A stretch of 64,000 nt of DNA from Methanomassiliicoccaceae archaeon (GTDB taxonomy: Archaea > Thermoplasmatota > Thermoplasmata > Methanomassiliicoccales > Methanomassiliicoccaceae): NCBI GenBank assembly GCA_963728405.1, contig CAVSJV010000004.1, positions 128,001-192,000 on the forward strand. Direction: 5' to 3'. Both the position numbers and the translations under genes were made by a program. The notes beneath the pieces were generated by a model. That model had not been told where the DNA came from and did not search any database. It was given only the letters and a program-made list of their open reading frames with translations. Position 1 is the stretch's first letter, and the number at the start of each line of letters is the position of its first letter. Positions 62,093 to 64,000 of the stretch are shown piece by piece.

Positions 62093-62777
62093 CGGCGACC
62101 CTCGTAGGGAACGGGGTCGGAGCATCCAGCGTCCTGGAAGCCCTTCAGGCGCAGGAGGCAAGAATCACACTGCCCACAGGCCTTATCGCCGCCGTTGTAG
62201 CAGGACCAGGTCAGGTGGAGCGGGGCATCGAGCTGCTTGCCCAGCTTGACGATCTCGGCCTTGCTCATCCTTAGGATGGGGGCCTCGACCCTGATCGGCT
62301 TTCCCTCAACTCCGGCCTTGGTCCCTACTCTCAGCACTTCTTGGAAGGCCTCGAAGAACTCCGGGCGGCAATCTGGGTATCCGGAATAATCGATGGCATT
62401 GGCACCTATGAAGATGGAATCCGCACCCTCCGTCTCTGCCAGCCCGGCCGCAAGGCTGAGCATTATGATGTTCCTCGCTGGAACATGCACGTCACCGGGA
62501 TCTTGTCGCCGATGCCTTCGACCGACGTATGCTGTGGCACTGACACGTCCCATGAGGTCAGGGCGCTCTTACGAAGGAAGCTGAGGTCCAGGTCCAAGGT
62601 GACGTGCTTCCTGAGACGGTAGTGCTCGGCCACGGCCCTGGCGGAGCGCAGCTCGCGGGAATGCCGCTGCCCGTAACCGATGGTCAGCGGTATCACCTTA
62701 TAACCCTTGGAGAGTGCGTAGGCCAAGGTGGTGGTCGAGTCCAGACCGCCCGATAATAGCACGACGGCCTTGCTCAT
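62089..62777 (-). CDS. queC: 7-cyano-7-deazaguanine synthase; +2 frameshift ~62486
   Basis: LLSGGLDS, YGQRH, VPARN, GYPDCR, WSCY..CGQCDSCLLR. Confidence 0.94.
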
Positions 62778-63249
62778 ACCCCTACCTCCCGCTTGGCCCA
62801 GGCGGTCTGGCCTCTTTCCTCGTCCAGCCCGGCCTCGACGATGGTGACATTGGAGGAAGGTCCAGCTCTTTCAGCAGGCGCTCCAGGACAAGTTCCGCCA
62901 ACTCTTCGGCACTGGTCTGAGCGACATCGAGAATCACTACATCATCGTTCGGGAACACATACCTGTTTGCCCCGACCAGGACCTCGACCTCCCGGCCCTT
63001 CTTGATCTTGACCGTCGGCGATCTACCAGGGAGCAGCACCCGGTGGTCCAGCTCGTCGACGATCTTGCGAAGCGCCTTCTTTAAATCGACGAAGTCCATG
63101 ACCATGCCGTCGTCGGCCTTCTCGCCGTAGAGTGCCAGGTGCAGGATGTATGAATGGCCGTGCAACCGGCCGCATTTGTCATGGCCAGGTATGAAATGGG
63201 AAGCTGAAAACTTGATACCCGAGTATTCGCCGTCGATCTCGATCCTCAT
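62774..63249 (-). CDS. queD: 6-carboxytetrahydropterin synthase; -1 frameshift ~62852
   Basis: FSASHF, CGRLHGHSY, MDF, LDH, TSAEELA; restored C-terminus ends in ATGA overlap with queC. Confidence 0.92.
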
Positions 63250-63406
63250 CGAGCATCGGACAGGATATACGATATTAACTTTTTTGCTGAGAGATCACCT
63301 GAACAATTCCTAATGGATGTGGACGGGATCAAAACCTCTTGCTTGGGAGGTTGAAAAGGAACCCGGTCCAGCATATGCGTTACAATGAATGCAGGAACGG
63401 ATTACC

Positions 63407-64000
63407 TTAGGTCTTGCTCGCTTGGTCGCTCCGAGAGGGCGCCAGCGCCGCGGCCAGTAGGATGGGAGTCAAGGTAATTCTCCTTCGCCCTCGACGTGTC
63501 GATGTAAATGCGGTCGATGTTCAGTATCGGCGCGCCCAGGGCTTTCCCCCACCTAGGAAGTGCAGGGTGCGGAACATCAGGTTGCCGGAGATGCCATCGG
63601 GGGCGATGAGCATGTCGCATTCCTGGACCGCGTTCTCGATCAGGATCTGGAAGTCCCGGGCGTCGATGCCCTCCCGCCTCAGGATATCCACGACCGTCTG
63701 GGCATCGTCGATGGTCCGGTCCACTTCCTTCATACGCCCCTTGTCCGAGGAGCGCCCTCCGGACATGATGCCGATGATCGGTCCGACGCTCAATTTGCTC
63801 AGAGCCACGTGGCCCAGACGGGCGAACTCAAGCTTCTCCTCGACGCTCCATCCCTCGTCGATCCCACCGGCGCAAGAAGGAACATCCTTCCTCCTCGCGG
63901 CTCCATGAACGCCGCCCGGAGGACCTTGTTCACGCCGAACGTCTCGCGCACTGCGGCCATGGCCTTGTTGGAGTCCACATCCCCCCTGACCGCCGCGTCG
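63407..64000 (-). CDS. mtxX: Methanogenesis marker Mmp4/MtxX (5'-truncated; three homopolymer frameshifts)
   Basis: LAPVG(I)[38 protein letters not shown]. Confidence 0.85.

Noticed and set aside
61463-63249. queDCE as a Dpd 7-deazaguanine DNA-modification system
   Set aside because: No dpdA/tgt paralog or defence genes nearby; preQ0 synthesis for archaeosine is standard in archaea.
62840-63870. Frameshifts in queD and mtxX as programmed recoding or pseudogenes
   Set aside because: All are single-base changes in short G/C runs with otherwise intact proteins, typical of long-read error.

Overview
GC-rich archaeal chromosome segment from a methanogen, most likely Methanomassiliicoccales (taxonomy is inferred from gene content). 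Methanogen evidence: ABCE1, ComD/ComE, cysteate synthase, marker-16/ComF, MtxX and BRE/TATA promoters. Mostly core metabolism: metK, amtB-glnK, argCJBD plus divergent argGH, thiDN, thrS, leuACDB, queDCE, tRNA-Arg(CCU) and tRNA-Thr(UGU), with patches of decayed genes. About ten ordinary genes carry 1-2 nt frameshifts that look like long-read consensus errors; many fall in or next to ACGT. Most interesting: (1) a complete RsbU/RsbW/RsbV-type partner-switching operon with LytS-type membrane sensors and an MBL-hydrolase fusion, in a domain of life without sigma factors; (2) a coenzyme M operon containing a translationally coupled ABC-ATPase/HypB-like GTPase/Fe-S protein trio; (3) an Ile/Leu/Val-rich leader peptide with pairing elements upstream of leuA, suggesting attenuation; (4) an HTH-CBS regulator with a perfect operator, divergent from metK; (5) a chimeric ThrRS. 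No CRISPR array, rRNA, integrase or transposase was seen.
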